Positions 8,334 to 17,428 of a stretch of DNA of 40,469 nt are shown one piece after another. Position 1 is the first letter of the stretch. Every line of letters begins with the position of its first letter. Origin of the DNA: a virus (taxonomy: Duplodnaviria > Caudoviricetes). The stretch spans positions 1 through 40,469 of IMG/VR virus record IMGVR_UViG_3300049924_000013; one strand, given 5' to 3'. The translations under genes and the position numbers were made by a program. Below the pieces are notes generated by a model. The model made no database searches and was not told the DNA's origin. It saw only the letters and a list, made by a program, of their open reading frames with translations.

Positions 8334-9251
8334 ATGCTAGACATATCTCACATCCCTTCGCAGTACCCGAACGCTGATGTTCAGGTGTTTGTGGGGCAAG
8401 GCGGAACAACAGCCGTACCTTTTGTGACTTGGCAAAAGCCGCGCGGTAAGTCTATGTGCCACATCTTACTTATTGGTGCTGGTGGTAACGGTGGGGCAGG
8501 GGTCATAGGCGCAAACAGCTTGGCTGGCGGCGGCGGCGGCGGCGGTTCTGGGGGGCAGACCTCAGTGCGGTTACCCTTGTGGGCAATCCCTGACATCCTC
8601 TATGTGTATACCCCAAACAACGGGCAGTGGGCCACTGTCAGCATAGCCCCTAGCACTGTCGCTAACGATAGGCTTGTGCAGGCTGTGAACGGAGGTGTTG
8701 GCGGTAATGGCACAGCAGTGCCCGCAGGAGGTACGGCTGGAGCAGCAGGAACAGTGGCTACAGTGACTCAAATGCCCCTCGGCTGGCAGTGGGTACAGCA
8801 GGCGATAGCGGGGCAGGCTGGGAGTGCTGGAGGTGCTTCGGTGTCTGCTGGTGCGTTGACGCTACCAACAACAGGTCTGTTGGTTACTGGAGGGTCAGGC
8901 GGCGGTGGTCTACCTGCCGCAGCTACAGGAAATACAAACGGAGGGTCTTTAGCAGGTCCCGGTGTAGCCCCTTGGATTTCGATAAACAACGTCAGTCTGC
9001 AACAAGCAACACAGCCTGCTGAATCAGGGTCATCGGGGCATATGCCTGTTGCCAACCTCTTGTATTTCTACGGCGGCGTTGGTGGATGCTCCACGCATGG
9101 TTCAGCCACAGGCGCAGGACTCACGCAGTCGTCAGGGGGAAATGGAAACTACGGCTGCGGAGGCGGTGGCTCTGGTGCTGCCCTGACAGGTTCAACGGCT
9201 GGTGTCGCTGGTAAAGGCGGCCCAGCTATTTGCATCATTACTTGCTGGTGA
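8334..9251 (+). CDS. Glycine-rich fibre-like protein, paralog B
   Basis: Collinear with paralog A (SHIP, W.KPRGKSM, PLWAIPD, MPLGWQW, GLLVTGG, ANLLY, C.I.T.W). Confidence 0.8.
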   Translation: MLDISHIPSQYPNADVQVFVGQGGTTAVPFVTWQKPRGKSMCHILLIGAGGNGGAGVIGANSLAGGGGGGGSGGQTSVRLPLWAIPDILYVYTPNNGQWATVSIAPSTVANDRLVQAVNGGVGGNGTAVPAGGTAGAAGTVATVTQMPLGWQWVQQAIAGQAGSAGGASVSAGALTLPTTGLLVTGGSGGGGLPAAATGNTNGGSLAGPGVAPWISINNVSLQQATQPAESGSSGHMPVANLLYFYGGVGGCSTHGSATGAGLTQSSGGNGNYGCGGGGSGAALTGSTAGVAGKGGPAICIITCW

Positions 9252-9259
9252 ACTAAATA

Positions 9260-10084
9260 ATGCTCGGCTTCGGCGCAATTGCTCAAGGTTCGGTTGCTGA
9301 CAGTCCGGTATCGGGCGTTGCTGGCGCGTACACACTAACGGCCCTCGGTGGTTCTTACACCTTCACAGGCGCAAGTGCGGTACTCACCAAGTCAACCACT
9401 GCGGTCAACTACACCCTGACGGCCCTCGGTGGCTCTTACGCCCTGACAGGCGCGAGTGCCAGCCTAAACCGCAACCGCAAGCTGACCGCTACGGGTGGAA
9501 CGTATGCATTGGCGGGTCAGAGCGCCATCCTGCTAAAGACCAAGCGAATCGTATCCACAGGCGGCACATACGCCATCACAGGTCAGCAGGCCACGCTCCT
9601 GAAGAGCAAGGTTCTTGTTGCCTCTGGCGGCAGCTACGCGCTATCCGGTCAACAGGTTGTCATCACCTACACAGGCACGGCAGCGGCTTACACCCTGACG
9701 GCTCTAGGTGGCTCTTATTTGCTGACAGGCCAGCAGGCCACACTGCTCAAGTCAAAGACGCTGGTAGCTACTGGCGGTGCATACGCCTACACGGGCGGTG
9801 CTGCAATTGTCGAGAAAGACCGCAGGCTGACGGCACAGGGTGGCTCCTACGTTGTCACAGGGCAGCAGGCGACGATTACCAAGACAACCCCTGGTTCTTA
9901 TGTTCTGACGGCTTTGGGTGGTAGTTATGCTATTACAGGGGCTTCAGCCACTATAACGGCTAGTTCAAGTGCGATAGCTCGTGGAGGTAGTTCTGCTAGA
10001 CCAAAACAGCCTAAACAGCAAGTCTGGATTGATGATGATGAAGTAATTGAGATTATTTCTATGTTTATGCTTGAAATGTGTTGA
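9260..10084 (+). CDS. Repeat-containing structural protein
   Basis: MLGFGAIA N-terminus; about ten ~21-25 aa L.A.GG.Y...G..A repeats; acidic-hydrophobic tail DDDEVIEII. Confidence 0.75.
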   Translation: MLGFGAIAQGSVADSPVSGVAGAYTLTALGGSYTFTGASAVLTKSTTAVNYTLTALGGSYALTGASASLNRNRKLTATGGTYALAGQSAILLKTKRIVSTGGTYAITGQQATLLKSKVLVASGGSYALSGQQVVITYTGTAAAYTLTALGGSYLLTGQQATLLKSKTLVATGGAYAYTGGAAIVEKDRRLTAQGGSYVVTGQQATITKTTPGSYVLTALGGSYAITGASATITASSSAIARGGSSARPKQPKQQVWIDDDEVIEIISMFMLEMC

Positions 10085-10109
10085 CTTTTTACAACACTTA
10101 GAGTATAAT
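10079..10109 (+). promoter_or_regulatory. Sigma70 promoter for scaffold/capsid operon with operator copy 3 over the -35
   Basis: TTGACT (10081-10086), 17 bp spacer, TATAAT (10104-10109); TGTTGA-CTTTTT-ACAACA at 10079-10096. Confidence 0.85.
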
Positions 10110-10136
10110 TGTGGTATAGAAACAACTCTTATTCCA

Positions 10137-10364
10137 ATGGATAAAGAACTTCAACGGTATTACGAGGCGCGCTTCAGCACTTTAGCCACAGAAGGCTGGT
10201 CAGACCTGATGGAGGACACTAAAGCCCTCCTAGACTCAGTCTCCTCAGTCCCTGACATCAAAGGTGTTGAGGACTTGTATTTTAAGCAAGGTCAGATAGA
10301 CATTCTTAATTGGCTACTAAACCTCAAAGCCATCAGTGAACAGGCTTACGAGGAGTTGCAGTGA
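10137..10364 (+). CDS. Small conserved head-morphogenesis-region protein
   Basis: Start at ATG 10137 downstream of the promoter; helical EGW.DL...F.QGQ pattern; upstream of scaffold. Confidence 0.65.
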   Translation: MDKELQRYYEARFSTLATEGWSDLMEDTKALLDSVSSVPDIKGVEDLYFKQGQIDILNWLLNLKAISEQAYEELQ

Positions 10365-10606
10365 TTAGAGTGTTTGACTTTGAATGTGAATTAGGGCATC
10401 TGGAAGAAGTGTTTTGTGATGACAAGACAACTCAGAGGGAATGTCCGATATGCGGTAGTGTTGCTCACCGCTTGGTTTCTAAGCCTAATTTCAAGCTAGA
10501 CGGTATTACGGGTTCATTCCCATCCGCAGCTGACAAATGGGCCAGGAACCATGAAGAGGCAGCCCGTGTTGCTAACAAGAAGCATCTTGAACACGGTAGT
10601 TTGTAA
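10361..10606 (+). CDS. FmdB-like zinc-ribbon protein
   Basis: FDFECxxGH...CPICG...RLVS motif. Confidence 0.75.
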   Translation: MIRVFDFECELGHLEEVFCDDKTTQRECPICGSVAHRLVSKPNFKLDGITGSFPSAADKWARNHEEAARVANKKHLEHGSL

Positions 10607-10647
10607 GCGACAGATTTGAAACCATCCTATAACCGAAAGGCAGGAAC

Positions 10648-11430
10648 ATGATTGTTGAACCGCAAGAGACAGAGTCAGTAGAGTTTACTTCATTGGAAGC
10701 TCAAGAGACTACGAAGGTTGAAGAACCTAAACAGGCCCCTCAACCAGAAGAAGTTATCCCAGAGCGTTACAGAGGTAAATCAGCAGCTGAATTGGTGCGT
10801 ATGCACGAGGAAGCTCAGAAGTTTATTAGCCGTCAAGCTAATGAGGTTTCTGAAGTCCGTAAATTGGCTGATGACCTAATCAAGCAACAACTCAACAAGA
10901 AGGCCGAACAGCCTTCGCAAGTGGTTGAAGAACCTGACGTAGATTTCTTTGAAAATCCTCAAGAGGCCGTTAAACGTACTCTGCGAGATAGTCCTGAGAT
11001 GCAGGAGCTACGGGAGATGAAGAAGCAGGCTAAGGCGCAGGCAACTGCGGCTCAGTTGGCTAAGAATCATCCGGATGCTTTTGACATTGCTCGGAGTGCT
11101 GACTTTGCAGATTGGGTTAAAGCCTCTAAAGTAAGACTTAGTTTGTACGCACAAGCTGACGGTGACTATGATTTTGATGCTGCTAACGAGCTTATCCTGT
11201 CCTACAAGGCACAGAAGCAGATTAGTAGTAAGGCCGTAGAAACAACTATGACCTCTCAGAAGAAGGCACTTAATGCTGCAACTGTAGATACTAACGGGTC
11301 AAGCGAGAGCCGATCACAGAAGATTTATCGACGGGCTGATATTATGAAGCTCATGCAAGTTGACCCTGACCGTTACCAACTTATGCAGCCAGAGATTATG
11401 TCGGCGTATGCAGAAGGTCGAGTGCGGTAA
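10648..11430 (+). CDS. Capsid scaffolding protein
   Basis: Acidic, helical/coiled-coil protein (IPERYRGKS...AYAEGRVR) immediately upstream of the major capsid gene. Confidence 0.8.
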   Translation: MIVEPQETESVEFTSLEAQETTKVEEPKQAPQPEEVIPERYRGKSAAELVRMHEEAQKFISRQANEVSEVRKLADDLIKQQLNKKAEQPSQVVEEPDVDFFENPQEAVKRTLRDSPEMQELREMKKQAKAQATAAQLAKNHPDAFDIARSADFADWVKASKVRLSLYAQADGDYDFDAANELILSYKAQKQISSKAVETTMTSQKKALNAATVDTNGSSESRSQKIYRRADIMKLMQVDPDRYQLMQPEIMSAYAEGRVR

Positions 11431-11465
11431 GTGTCGAAACCTTTCAATTTAAATAGGAGTTAATC

Positions 11466-12419
11466 ATGGCAGTAACAGCAGGTGCTTATGGCACAGCCAA
11501 TGGCGTAACAACCACAACGGCAGCAACATTTATCCCTGAGATGTGGAGTGACGAGATCGTCGCTGCATACAAGAAGTCTCTGGTTATGGCAAACCTGGTT
11601 CGTAAAATGAGCCAAAAAGGTAAGAAGGGTGATACCATCAATATCCCCATGCCTTCCCGCGCAAGCGCACAAGCTAAGACGGCTAACACTGTTGTCCGTA
11701 TTCAGCAGGATACTGAGTCGAATGTTCAGATTCTTTTGAACAAACACTTTGAAGTGTCGCGTCTGATTGAAGACATCGTGACGGTGCAGGCTTTGTCCTC
11801 GCTGCGTAAGTTCTACACTGATGACGCAGGCTATGCCTTGGGCCGTCAAGTGGATACTGACCTCATCCTGTTGGGTCGTGAAGCCAACAACGGTGCAGGC
11901 ACTGCCGCCTACGCTACCGCCTACTGCGCTCAAGACGGAGCTACGCTGTACACTTCTGGTGCACCTAACCAGACTGCACTGACCGATATCGGTATTCGCC
12001 GTATCATTCAGCGTTTGGACGATAACGACATCCCTATGGATCGTCGCCACTTCGTTGTGCCGCCTTCTACCCGTAACACCTTGATGGGCATTGCTCGTTT
12101 CACTGAGCAGGGCTTTGTTGGTGATGTAGGTGCTGGTAACACCATCCGTAACGGTAAGATTGGTGACCTGTACGGTATTGATGTGTTTGTAACACCTCAG
12201 TGCGACACAGCTACCGGTGCTGCTCGTATCGGCTTGATGTTCCATGAAGACAGCTTGGTATTGGCAGAGCAGATGTCTGTCCGTACTCAGACTCAGTACA
12301 AGCAAGAATACCTTGCTGACCTGATGACTGCTGACTGCCTGTATGGTACTCAGATTATCCGTAAGGGTAATGATGCTGACGTGCCTACTGGCGTGTTCTC
12401 CGTCGCTCTTCCTGCCTAA
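11466..12419 (+). CDS. Major capsid protein
   Basis: FIPEMWS, GDTINIP, G.IG.LYGIDVF, D.LYG motifs of podovirus HK97-fold capsids; strong AGGAG RBS; followed by a terminator. Confidence 0.93.
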   Translation: MAVTAGAYGTANGVTTTTAATFIPEMWSDEIVAAYKKSLVMANLVRKMSQKGKKGDTINIPMPSRASAQAKTANTVVRIQQDTESNVQILLNKHFEVSRLIEDIVTVQALSSLRKFYTDDAGYALGRQVDTDLILLGREANNGAGTAAYATAYCAQDGATLYTSGAPNQTALTDIGIRRIIQRLDDNDIPMDRRHFVVPPSTRNTLMGIARFTEQGFVGDVGAGNTIRNGKIGDLYGIDVFVTPQCDTATGAARIGLMFHEDSLVLAEQMSVRTQTQYKQEYLADLMTADCLYGTQIIRKGNDADVPTGVFSVALPA

Positions 12420-12430
12420 CAGTTAGAACC

Positions 12431-12466
12431 ACAGGGGATTCTCACAAGGAGTCCCTTGTACTTTTC
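12431..12466 (+). terminator. Hairpin terminator after the capsid gene
   Basis: ACAGGGGATTCT-CACAA-GGAGTCCCTTGT stem (with G-U pairs) followed by ACTTTTC. Confidence 0.6.
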
Positions 12467-12479
12467 ACTGGAGATTAAC

Positions 12480-12644
12480 ATGAAATTTAAGTGCAAACAA
12501 ACCGGAAAGATCGTTGAGTTTACACAGCCATCAGATATTGAGGCTATGCTCAAGGAATCACATTATGAAGCTATTCAGGAAGAAGTAGTTCCTGAAGAGA
12601 AAGCTACAAAGCCTAAGAAGCCTACTGCACCTGTAGGGGCTTAA
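12480..12644 (+). CDS. Small hypothetical protein
   Basis: GGAG RBS, ATG 12480; fills the gap before the tail adaptor gene. Confidence 0.65.
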   Translation: MKFKCKQTGKIVEFTQPSDIEAMLKESHYEAIQEEVVPEEKATKPKKPTAPVGA

Positions 12645-13289
12645 ATGACCTACTTAGAGGCCGTTAACAACGTGCTGACACGGCTGCGTGAAAGCACTGT
12701 TACGTCTGTGCAGGATACAGCATACAGCCGCCTAATCGGTGTGATGGTTAATGATGCTAAGTCTCAGGTTGAGAATGCCTACAACTGGAATGCTTTAAAC
12801 GCTGATATTCTCGTTACAACGGTATCTGGCACTGCAGAATATTCCTTGGTAGGTAGTGGTCAACGCTTTCGTGTCATCGATGTTTTGAATGACACCAATG
12901 ATCAAGAGCTGGTAGTTAAGCAATGGGGCGAGATTAGCCGCCTGAGCCGTACAGGTGCTTCAGGTAACACAACCCCTTCAGCTTACTGCTTCCACAACAC
13001 AGACAGTAATGGGGACACCAAAGCCCTGCTGTGGCCTACACCAGACGGTGTCTACTCTATCGCCTTTGTCTGCACAGTACCACAGGCTGATTTGTCTGCA
13101 GACGCTGATGTCATTGCTGTCCCTTCACTCCCTGTAATCCTTGGTGCTTATGCTAGGGCTGTTGCAGAGCGTGGTGAAGACCAAGGCTTTGTATCTTCAG
13201 AGGCTTATGGGCTGTACAAAGATTCGTTGTCAGATGCTATTGCCATCGAGAGTAGCCGTACATCTGAAGACGCTGGCTGGAGTGCTTAA
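12645..13289 (+). CDS. Tail tubular protein A / head-tail adaptor (T7 gp11-like)
   Basis: MTYLEAVNNVL.RL.E N-terminus, W.W and LWPTPD motifs; position after the capsid gene. Confidence 0.8.
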   Translation: MTYLEAVNNVLTRLRESTVTSVQDTAYSRLIGVMVNDAKSQVENAYNWNALNADILVTTVSGTAEYSLVGSGQRFRVIDVLNDTNDQELVVKQWGEISRLSRTGASGNTTPSAYCFHNTDSNGDTKALLWPTPDGVYSIAFVCTVPQADLSADADVIAVPSLPVILGAYARAVAERGEDQGFVSSEAYGLYKDSLSDAIAIESSRTSEDAGWSA

Positions 13290-14830
13290 TGCAGGCTCTG
13301 CAGCCCTATTCAGTAACCGCTCCTGGTTTCTTTGGTTTAAATCTTGAGGATTCACCAACAGACCTGCAGAGCGGCTATGCTCTAATTGCTCAGAACTGCA
13401 TCATTGACCAATATGGCAGGGTAGGTGCACGTAAGGGATGGACTAAGGTTAATACAGCCTCTGGAACCCTTGGAAGCAATGCTGTAGAGGCTATTGGTGA
13501 ACATACAGCTAATGATGGGACATCCACAACCATCGTAGCAGGCAACAACAAGATATTCAAACTCTCCGGTACTTCCTTGGTTGAATTAACCTATGGCGGT
13601 GGCGGTGTAGCCCCTACCATCACAGCTTCTAATTGGAGCATGGTGTCATTGGATGGTTACTTCATTATGTTCCAGATAGGACATGATCCTCTGGTTTACA
13701 TCCCTACGGTATCGACTACAGAGTATCGTAGATTGAGTGAGGCAACAGGATATGCGGGGACGGTACAGCTTGCTAATGTTGGTATTAGTGCTTTTGGTCG
13801 GGTATGGAATGCTGTGACAACGACTGATAAAGTGACCATACAGTGGAGCGATACAAAGAACCCTGTTAAGTGGAATACAGGTACAGCAGGGACATTAGAC
13901 CTCACATCAGTATGGCCTTCTGGCGGTGATGTTATTGTCGGACTAGCAGCTCACAATAACCGTCTATTCATCTTCGGTAAGCAGCACATCCTTATCTACA
14001 AGGATGCCTCTACACCGTCTACAATGACCCTAGAAGACGCTGTAAACGGAATTGGTGCTGTGGGTAGGGACTCCATAGCCGATACAGGCACTGATGTCAT
14101 CTTCCTGAGCCGCACAGGGGTTCGCAGTCTTGCTCGTACCATTCAAGAGAAGTCTGCACCGATACGTGATATCAGCAAGAATGTCCGTACACAGGTTATA
14201 CAGTATACGCAGCTTGAAGATGAGAATAAAATCCTCTCAACCTGGAATCCTGTTGAAGCCTTCTATCTTCTGCATTTCCCAACATATAACATAACCTACT
14301 GCTTTGACACTAAGCAGACTTTGCAGGACGGTTCTGCCCGTGTAACCACATGGACAGGTGTTAACCCTACAGCATTGTTCAGTAAGGTTGATGGAACATT
14401 GCTGATTGGTAAGGTTGGTTATGTAGGTACATATTCTAGCTATCTGGATGACACTACCGCTTATAGGATGATGTATTACACCACCTATACAGACTTTGGT
14501 TCTCCTCTTGCAACATCAATGCTTAAGAAGATTGGTGTTGTTGTCATTGGTGGTAGTGACCAAGTGATAACAACTAAGTGGGGATATGACTACGCTGTTA
14601 CATATCAATCACAGCAAGACGTAACAAAGTATGAAGGGCCAGTAGGTGAATATGGCATAGGGGAATACGGCAGTGCTGAGTACAGTTCAGGTCTTGTTAT
14701 AAACATACTGAAGTACCAAGCAGGAGGCAGCGGCAAGGTTGCACAGGTAGGCATTGAGACAGATATTGCAGGGGCTTCTTTGTCTATACAGAAACTAGAG
14801 ATATACGCTAAACAAGGAAAACTAGCATGA
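13289..14830 (+). CDS. Tail tubular protein B / nozzle (beta-propeller, P22 gp10/T7 gp12-like)
   Basis: 513 aa beta-rich protein after the adaptor; GLN...N.IID..G....RKG N-terminus. Confidence 0.75.
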   Translation: MQALQPYSVTAPGFFGLNLEDSPTDLQSGYALIAQNCIIDQYGRVGARKGWTKVNTASGTLGSNAVEAIGEHTANDGTSTTIVAGNNKIFKLSGTSLVELTYGGGGVAPTITASNWSMVSLDGYFIMFQIGHDPLVYIPTVSTTEYRRLSEATGYAGTVQLANVGISAFGRVWNAVTTTDKVTIQWSDTKNPVKWNTGTAGTLDLTSVWPSGGDVIVGLAAHNNRLFIFGKQHILIYKDASTPSTMTLEDAVNGIGAVGRDSIADTGTDVIFLSRTGVRSLARTIQEKSAPIRDISKNVRTQVIQYTQLEDENKILSTWNPVEAFYLLHFPTYNITYCFDTKQTLQDGSARVTTWTGVNPTALFSKVDGTLLIGKVGYVGTYSSYLDDTTAYRMMYYTTYTDFGSPLATSMLKKIGVVVIGGSDQVITTKWGYDYAVTYQSQQDVTKYEGPVGEYGIGEYGSAEYSSGLVINILKYQAGGSGKVAQVGIETDIAGASLSIQKLEIYAKQGKLA

Positions 14831-16101
14831 GTAACTACACACCCGCAACGGACTTTGCATCCAAGGATTCCCTCCTTACAGGAAACCCATTAAAGGTTGT
14901 TAAGGGTGCAGAAATCTCTGCTGAGTTTGCTCTTATTCAGACGGCTATAACATCTAAATATGATGCAGCCTCTGTTGTCCCTATTACAGCAGGAGGAACA
15001 GGGGCTACCCTTGCTGCAACGGCTTTGACCAATCTAGGGGCTGCAAAGTCTGGAGCAAATACAGACATCACTAGTCTAGGATCTGTTACAACCATCTCAG
15101 GAACTCCTAACTTTTCTGGAGCGGCTACAGGCGTCACAGCAACAGCAGGGGATAACAGCACCAAACTAGCAACAACAGCATTTGTGTCAGCATCATCGTC
15201 CCCACAGGTTCAGAGCATCAGCGCGGTAGCTAACACACCAGCTAATGGAATGACGATTAGTGCAGGGGCTTTATCCCTTGATTTCCGCGCATCAACCCTA
15301 AGCAGCGGCACTGTTACTCGTGTCTCAGGAACCCCGTCAAACTTGGTTATCTCCAGCGGTTCAACGCTAGGTACTGTTAGTGGTAAGGCATCTCGCATTG
15401 TTGTCTTGGCAATCAATAACGCTGGTACGATTGAACTGGCTGCAGTGAACATCACAGGCGGTAATGACCTGTCCGAAACAGGAGTGATTACAACGGTTGC
15501 AGAAGGCGGTGCAGGCGCTGCTGACTCCGCAAACGTCATCTACTCCACAACCGCACGAACAGGCGTGGTATATCGGGTTATCGGCTACATCGAAAGCACA
15601 CAAGCCACCGCAGGCACATGGGTATCAACTCCTACAACAATACAAGGTGCTGGTGGGCAGGTTTTGGTGCGCCCATCTAGTGGCAGCATGGTGCGCCTTG
15701 ACACCAGCGCAGGACTAGGCAGCTCTAGTACAGGGGTTCGGCGCTTTACTAACGTAAGAGCCAACATCGGCACAGACATCACCTACAACAGCGGCACTGA
15801 AGCCTCTCTTGGAGCAACCTTCACAATCAACACCTCTGGTGTGTATGCGGCAGTGTGGTCAGAGTGCTTTGCAGCTGGTAATGATTTTGGCCTTACTCTT
15901 GATTCCACGACATTGAATGTGGCCTATAACAGCTGTGCAGCAGATCAGCAATTAAGCGGAGCCACCGCATCTGCAGCCAACTACGCTAGTACCGTTCAAT
16001 GGACGGGCTATGTTGCGGCAGGCAGTGTAATCAGACCCCAGACAACAGGTGGAACAGGGGCTGGTCGTATTGCTTTGTTCACCATTGCTCGGGTGGCCTA
16101 A
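14827..16101 (+). CDS. Tail fibre protein
   Basis: MSNY...TDFA.KD.L N-terminal anchor; GGTGAT..A.A..NLG and D.STKLATTAFV fibre motifs. Confidence 0.8.
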   Translation: MSNYTPATDFASKDSLLTGNPLKVVKGAEISAEFALIQTAITSKYDAASVVPITAGGTGATLAATALTNLGAAKSGANTDITSLGSVTTISGTPNFSGAATGVTATAGDNSTKLATTAFVSASSSPQVQSISAVANTPANGMTISAGALSLDFRASTLSSGTVTRVSGTPSNLVISSGSTLGTVSGKASRIVVLAINNAGTIELAAVNITGGNDLSETGVITTVAEGGAGAADSANVIYSTTARTGVVYRVIGYIESTQATAGTWVSTPTTIQGAGGQVLVRPSSGSMVRLDTSAGLGSSSTGVRRFTNVRANIGTDITYNSGTEASLGATFTINTSGVYAAVWSECFAAGNDFGLTLDSTTLNVAYNSCAADQQLSGATASAANYASTVQWTGYVAAGSVIRPQTTGGTGAGRIALFTIARVA

Positions 16102-16135
16102 GAATTATGAGTGCAAATCACATTAAGGCCGCAGT

Positions 16136-16495
16136 ATGACAGCAGGATTTACAGAGTTTGAACCAGAGCCTTACCGTAGAATTACTGACCCGTCTATTGA
16201 CATCATTGTCCACAAGGTAACTCGTATGGCTACTGATATGGACAAGATGGCTGGGAGTGTTGAAGCATTATCTCAGAGTATGGGGAGAATTGTTTTGGTG
16301 GAAGAGAGAATTGGCAACATGGTTGCTAACCTTGAGAGAATCCATAAGAGATTGGATGAAGGGGACAAGCGTATGCAGAGTTTAGAGCTTGCAGCCTTAG
16401 CGGCATCATCGTCATCTAAATGGGTTGATAGGGGGCTGGTGGGTGCGTTGTCGGCCTTAGCTGTCTATGTCGGTCATAAACTTGGTTTAATGTAA
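16136..16495 (+). CDS. Coiled-coil protein with C-terminal membrane anchor (holin/XhlA-like)
   Basis: Heptad region followed by one hydrophobic C-terminal helix. Confidence 0.5.
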   Translation: MTAGFTEFEPEPYRRITDPSIDIIVHKVTRMATDMDKMAGSVEALSQSMGRIVLVEERIGNMVANLERIHKRLDEGDKRMQSLELAALAASSSSKWVDRGLVGALSALAVYVGHKLGLM

Positions 16496-16504
16496 GGAAT
16501 TATC

Positions 16505-17428
16505 ATGGGAATGTTTGACTCATTAGGTGATTGGGGCAGCGTAGCCGCTACAGGGCTAAATTGGCTTGCACAGAACAACACAGCCCAAAACACAGCCAAC
16601 AATCAGAATGCTGCTAATGCTGCTGCCTCGGCACAGGCTACAGAGGCGGCTAAACTGGCTGCACAGCAAAGCCGCTTCACTCCTGTTGGAATGACCAATG
16701 CTTTTGGCACTAGCAACTTCACCCTCGATAAGAACGGGATGGTTTCTAGTGCAGGTTATGAGCTTAATCCCTACCTAGCGGCTACACAGCAACGCCTGAT
16801 GCAGGGAATCCCTGGTCAGGTAGCTGGTGCTGAAGCTCAACAAGGTGCTGCTGCACAGCTTTACGGGCTTGGTAATCAATATCTAGCTACATCGCCTGAG
16901 CAGGCTTCACAGCAATGGATGCAGCAGCAGCAGGCTCTGATGAAGCCACAGCAGGATGTCCAGATGGCTGAACTGCAAAACCGTCTTGCTCAGACAGGGC
17001 GTAGCGGGTTGTCTGTTGCTCAAGGAGGTAACCTCGGTGCTGCTAATCCTGAGTTGCAAGCCTACTACAATGCACAGGCTCAACAGCAAGCTCAGATGGC
17101 TCAACAGGCTGATGCTTATGGGCGTGATCGTACCAGCTACGGTGCAGGGCTGTTCCAAACAGGCACTAACCTCGCCGCAGGCGCTTATGCTCCTCTCACT
17201 AGCAACTTGGCTACCAATCAAGGGGTTAACGAGTTGGGTCAATCTGCTTTCAACACTGGTGTTATGCTGGGTGGTAAGAATGCTAATCCTACAGGAGCTA
17301 GTGCATTGGCTAATGCAGGGGCTTTGCAGGCTGGCTTTACGGCTAAGTCCCCACAATACTCTACTAACTGGGCTGCACCTGCTGCAGGGGCTTCTAGCTG
17401 GTTCAGCAGTGCATTGGGAGGTAAGTAA
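16505..17428 (+). CDS. Internal virion / ejection protein
   Basis: A/Q/G/N-rich, low charge, amphipathic termini; first of three genes typical of podovirus ejectosomes. Confidence 0.7.
   Translation: MGMFDSLGDWGSVAATGLNWLAQNNTAQNTANNQNAANAAASAQATEAAKLAAQQSRFTPVGMTNAFGTSNFTLDKNGMVSSAGYELNPYLAATQQRLMQGIPGQVAGAEAQQGAAAQLYGLGNQYLATSPEQASQQWMQQQQALMKPQQDVQMAELQNRLAQTGRSGLSVAQGGNLGAANPELQAYYNAQAQQQAQMAQQADAYGRDRTSYGAGLFQTGTNLAAGAYAPLTSNLATNQGVNELGQSAFNTGVMLGGKNANPTGASALANAGALQAGFTAKSPQYSTNWAAPAAGASSWFSSALGGK

Noticed and set aside
11460-12305. Long antisense ORFs (11460-12305, 16907-17521, 3044-3568, 29923-30354 and others)
   Set aside because: Shadows of well-supported genes on the opposite strand; no RBS or domain signal.
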